From: Bacillus subtilis subsp. subtilis str. 168 | Lineage (GTDB): Bacteria > Bacillota > Bacilli > Bacillales > Bacillaceae | Direction: 5' to 3' | Assembly: GCF_000009045.1 (NCBI RefSeq) | Contig: NC_000964.3 | Span: 1,590,001-1,622,000 of the forward strand | DNA length: 32,000 nucleotides | In this document: in pieces, positions 27,210-32,000 of the stretch | How positions within the stretch are numbered: the stretch's first letter is position 1 | How the letters are laid out: each line of letters opens with the position of its first letter | The notes under the pieces: model-generated | The model's database searches: none | Told to the model about the DNA's origin: nothing | The model's input: the letters and a program-made list of their open reading frames with translations, nothing else | Made by a program: the position numbers and the translations under genes

Positions 27210-28121
27210 ATGAATCAAATTGATATAACCGCTTCAGAAGAACAAAAAAGTGAGCGGATTGATAAATTTTTGGCATCGACTGAGAATGATTGGTCAAGAA
27301 CCCAGGTTCAGCAATGGGTAAAAGACGGACAGGTTGTCGTGAACGGAAGCGCGGTGAAAGCGAATTATAAAATTCAGCCGGGTGATCAGGTGACCGTCAC
27401 TGTACCTGAACCGGAAGCGCTCGACGTCCTGGCAGAGCCTATGGATCTGGATATTTATTATGAGGACCAGGATGTGCTGGTCGTCAACAAACCTCGCGGA
27501 ATGGTTGTTCACCCAGCACCCGGGCATCTTACGGGCACACTTGTAAACGGTCTTATGGCTCATTGCACAGACCTTTCCGGAATAAATGGTGTGATGCGCC
27601 CGGGTATTGTTCACAGAATCGATAAGGACACGTCCGGTTTATTAATGGTGGCGAAAAATGATATGGCGCACGAGTCACTCGTAAACCAATTGGTCAACAA
27701 AACGGTCACGCGGAAATATACGGCGGTTGTCCACGGGCTTATTTCTCATGATGACGGCACAATTGACGCGCCGATCGGACGGGATAAAAAAGACCGTCAA
27801 AGCATGACTGTGACACGTGATGGCAAAAACGCTGTCACTCATTTTCATGTGCTTGAGCGTTTTCAGGATTTTACGTTAGTGGAGTGCCAGCTTGAAACAG
27901 GGAGAACCCATCAAATTCGTGTTCATATGAAATATATCGGATTCCCATTAGCAGGCGATCCGAAATACGGCCCAAGAAAAACAATCGACTTTAATGGCCA
28001 AGCGCTTCACGCGGGAGTTTTAGGTTTTGACCATCCACGAACAGGAGAATATGTCGAATTTGAAGCGCCGCTTCCCGAGGATATGGCAGAATTAATCGAA
28101 AACCTCAGAAAAAACGGTTGA
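27210..28121 (+). CDS. ylyB: RluD-family 23S rRNA pseudouridine synthase
   Basis: N-terminal S4 domain ('RIDKFLAS...SRTQVQQWVKDGQVVVNG') and catalytic 'HRIDKDTSGLLMVAKN'. It starts 1 nt after the lspA stop. Confidence 0.93.
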   Translation: MNQIDITASEEQKSERIDKFLASTENDWSRTQVQQWVKDGQVVVNGSAVKANYKIQPGDQVTVTVPEPEALDVLAEPMDLDIYYEDQDVLVVNKPRGMVVHPAPGHLTGTLVNGLMAHCTDLSGINGVMRPGIVHRIDKDTSGLLMVAKNDMAHESLVNQLVNKTVTRKYTAVVHGLISHDDGTIDAPIGRDKKDRQSMTVTRDGKNAVTHFHVLERFQDFTLVECQLETGRTHQIRVHMKYIGFPLAGDPKYGPRKTIDFNGQALHAGVLGFDHPRTGEYVEFEAPLPEDMAELIENLRKNG

Positions 28122-28146
28122 CAGAGGGTTTCTTTTCTGAAATAAT
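28118..28146 (+). promoter_or_regulatory. Candidate SigA promoter of the pyr operon
   Basis: TTGACA (28118-28123, overlapping the ylyB stop codon), a 17-nt spacer, then AATAAT (28141-28146). Confidence 0.6.
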
Positions 28147-28164
28147 AAACGAAGCTGAATAGAT

Positions 28165-28200
28165 TCTTTAAAACAGTCCAGAGAGGCTGAGAAGGATAAC
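28165..28200 (+). promoter_or_regulatory. PyrR-binding loop 1 (anti-antiterminator) of the pyr leader
   Basis: Contains TCCAGAGAGGCT (28177-28188), the conserved PyrR recognition motif. Confidence 0.85.
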
Positions 28201-28240
28201 GGATAGACGGGATGCGTGTATAGGCGCGCACCTTGTCCTA

Positions 28241-28276
28241 AAACCCCTCTATGCTCTGGCAGGAGGGGTTTTTTCT
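28241..28276 (+). terminator. pyr attenuator 1 terminator
   Basis: AAACCCCTC pairs with GAGGGGTTT (stem core 28244-28249 with 28263-28268), followed by TTTTTTC. Confidence 0.85.
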
Positions 28277-28285
28277 TCTATATGA

Positions 28286-28849
<564 letters not shown>

Positions 28850-28859
28850 TAGATCACCT

Positions 28860-28895
28860 TTTTAAGGGCAATCCAGAGAGGTTGCAAAGAGGTGC
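28860..28895 (+). promoter_or_regulatory. PyrR-binding loop 2 (pyrR-pyrP intercistronic attenuator)
   Basis: Contains TCCAGAGAGGTT (28872-28883). Confidence 0.85.
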
Positions 28896-28935
28896 ACAAC
28901 AAAGGCCCAAAAAGTATTCGGCAGGTCTTTGTATG

Positions 28936-28968
28936 CCTCTTTGCGTAAAAAAGCAAAGAGGTTTTTTT
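28936..28968 (+). terminator. pyr attenuator 2 terminator
   Basis: CCTCTTTGC (28936-28944) pairs with GCAAAGAGG (28953-28961), followed by TTTTTTT. Confidence 0.9.
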
Positions 28969-29022
28969 ATACAGTCATTGAGTCATCCTAAAATGAAAGT
29001 CAACAATCAGGGGGAAATCATC

Positions 29023-30330
29023 ATGAGTAAGAAAAAAGTAAATTTAGGGGTCAGGGATGTCCCGACACCTTTCTCTTGGGTTTCATTCAGCCTTCAGCAT
29101 TTGTTTGCCATGTTTGGCTCAACCATTTTGGTTCCGAAGCTCGTCGGAATGAGTCCTGCTGTGGCGTTGGTGACAAGCGGCATCGGAACACTGGCGTACC
29201 TTCTTATTACCAAAGGACAAATTCCGGCGTATCTCGGTTCATCCTTCGCCTTTATTTCTCCGATCATTCTGGTAAAAGCGACCGGCGGGCCGGGAGCGGC
29301 AATGGTTGGAGCGTTTCTTGCAGGGCTGGTGTACGGGCTGATTGCCTTATTGATTAGGCAGCTTGGAACAGGATGGCTGATGAAGATTCTCCCGCCTGTA
29401 GTCGTAGGGCCTGTTATTATCGTCATCGGGCTGGGACTGGCAAGCACTGCAGTAAACATGGCGATGTATGCTGATCCGAACGCGAGTGAGTTGGTCTACA
29501 GCTTAAAGCACTTTAGTGTCGCAGGAGTTACGCTGGCAATTACGATTATTTGTGCGATTTTCTTACGAGGGTTTTTAAGCCTGATTCCGGTTCTGATCGG
29601 AATCATCGGCGGATACCTGTTTGCCCTTACTCAAGGGATTGTCAACTTCCAGCCGGTGCTTGACGCGAAATGGTTTGCAGTGCCTGAATTTATCATTCCG
29701 TTCAAAGATTATTCACCGTCAGTTACGCTCGGCATCGCAGCCGCAATGGTTCCTGTCGCATTTGTCACAATGTCAGAGCATATCGGCCACCAAATGGTGC
29801 TGAGCAAGGTTGTCGGACAAGACTTCATTAAAAAGCCAGGTCTTCATCGCTCTATTATGGGTGACAGTGTGGCGACAATCCTCGCTTCCCTGATCGGCGG
29901 CCCTCCGACAACGACTTACGGAGAAAACATTGGCGTGCTGGCCATCACAAGAGTATTCAGCGTCTTTGTCATCGGGGGCGCGGCAGTGATTGCCCTTTGC
30001 TTCGGCTTTATCGGCAAAATTTCAGCGCTGATCAGTTCAGTGCCGTCAGCGGTCATGGGAGGCGTCTCCTTCCTGCTGTTCGGAATCATTGCTTCAAGCG
30101 GCCTGAGAATGCTGATTGACAACAAAATTGATTATGAAAACAACAGAAACCTCATTATTACATCAGTTATCCTTGTCATCGGTGTAGGAGGCGCTTTTAT
30201 CCAAGTGTCTCAGGGCGGATTCCAAGTGTCAGGAATGGCGCTTGCCGCAATTGTCGGTGTCATCTTAAACCTGATTCTTCCGCAGGCGAAGGAAGAGCAG
30301 GCAGACACATCTGAACAACATCATATTTAA
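29023..30330 (+). CDS. pyrP: Uracil permease (NCS2 family)
   Basis: Polytopic NCS2 protein with 'LSFQHLFAMFGSTILVP' and 'TTYGENIGVLAITRV'. The ATG at 29023 follows GGGGGA. The track start at 28882 would read through attenuator 2 and its terminator. Confidence 0.93.
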   Translation: MSKKKVNLGVRDVPTPFSWVSFSLQHLFAMFGSTILVPKLVGMSPAVALVTSGIGTLAYLLITKGQIPAYLGSSFAFISPIILVKATGGPGAAMVGAFLAGLVYGLIALLIRQLGTGWLMKILPPVVVGPVIIVIGLGLASTAVNMAMYADPNASELVYSLKHFSVAGVTLAITIICAIFLRGFLSLIPVLIGIIGGYLFALTQGIVNFQPVLDAKWFAVPEFIIPFKDYSPSVTLGIAAAMVPVAFVTMSEHIGHQMVLSKVVGQDFIKKPGLHRSIMGDSVATILASLIGGPPTTTYGENIGVLAITRVFSVFVIGGAAVIALCFGFIGKISALISSVPSAVMGGVSFLLFGIIASSGLRMLIDNKIDYENNRNLIITSVILVIGVGGAFIQVSQGGFQVSGMALAAIVGVILNLILPQAKEEQADTSEQHHI

Positions 30331-30334
30331 AACC

Positions 30335-30370
30335 TTTTAATGAAAGTCCAGAGAGGCTTGGAAGGGTTAT
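30335..30370 (+). promoter_or_regulatory. PyrR-binding loop 3 (pyrP-pyrB intercistronic attenuator)
   Basis: Contains TCCAGAGAGGCT (30347-30358). Confidence 0.85.
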
Positions 30371-30411
30371 GAAGAGAAGGAAGCTTCAATGCTGCCCTCT
30401 ATTTAACCATA

Positions 30412-30443
30412 CCCCGAGTCTATCTTAGACCGGGGTTTTTTTT
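30412..30443 (+). terminator. pyr attenuator 3 terminator
   Basis: CCCCGAGTC pairs with GACCGGGG (one bulged A), followed by TTTTTTTT. Confidence 0.85.
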
Positions 30444-30457
30444 CAGCCTTAAGTTGA

Positions 30458-32000
<1,543 letters not shown>

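Overview
I recognise this window as the Bacillus subtilis 168-type chromosome. It runs from the 3' end of murD through the division/cell-wall (dcw) cluster (spoVE, murG, murB, divIB, ylxW, ylxX, sbp, ftsA, ftsZ) and the bacillopeptidase F gene bpr. It continues through the sporulation sigma locus (spoIIGA-sigE, sigG), the ylmA-ylmH/sepF/divIVA cluster, ileS with its T-box leader, ylyA and lspA-ylyB. It ends in the start of the pyrimidine operon (pyrR, pyrP, pyrB, 5' part of pyrC). All 31 coding regions are on the + strand. Identifications rest on protein sequences and motifs I recognise plus gene order; no database search was possible. Twelve ORF-track entries start too far upstream. I moved those starts to codons with proper Shine-Dalgarno spacing, and several of the extensions would run through terminators or riboswitches. 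Cis-regulatory RNAs readable from the sequence are a TPP riboswitch before ylmB, an Ile T-box before ileS, and three PyrR attenuators sharing a TCCAGAGAGG(C/T)T loop. Promoters readable from the sequence are a SigH-type promoter before ftsA, the Spo0A-dependent spoIIG promoter with its 22-bp spacer, and a SigF/SigG-type promoter before sigG. I see no rRNA, tRNA, CRISPR array, transposase, integrase, phage gene or toxin-antitoxin pair, and no sign of a horizontally acquired island. My honest reading is that this is a well-studied core region and I found no convincing undescribed system. The parts least explained by the annotation are: the ylxW/ylxX/sbp trio; the orphan ABC ATPase ylmA abutting the TPP riboswitch; two tandem terminator-like hairpins in the ylmB leader; an orphan strong Shine-Dalgarno sequence in the bpr leader; and Cys4 zinc motifs reduced to a single Cys in both IleS and YlyA.
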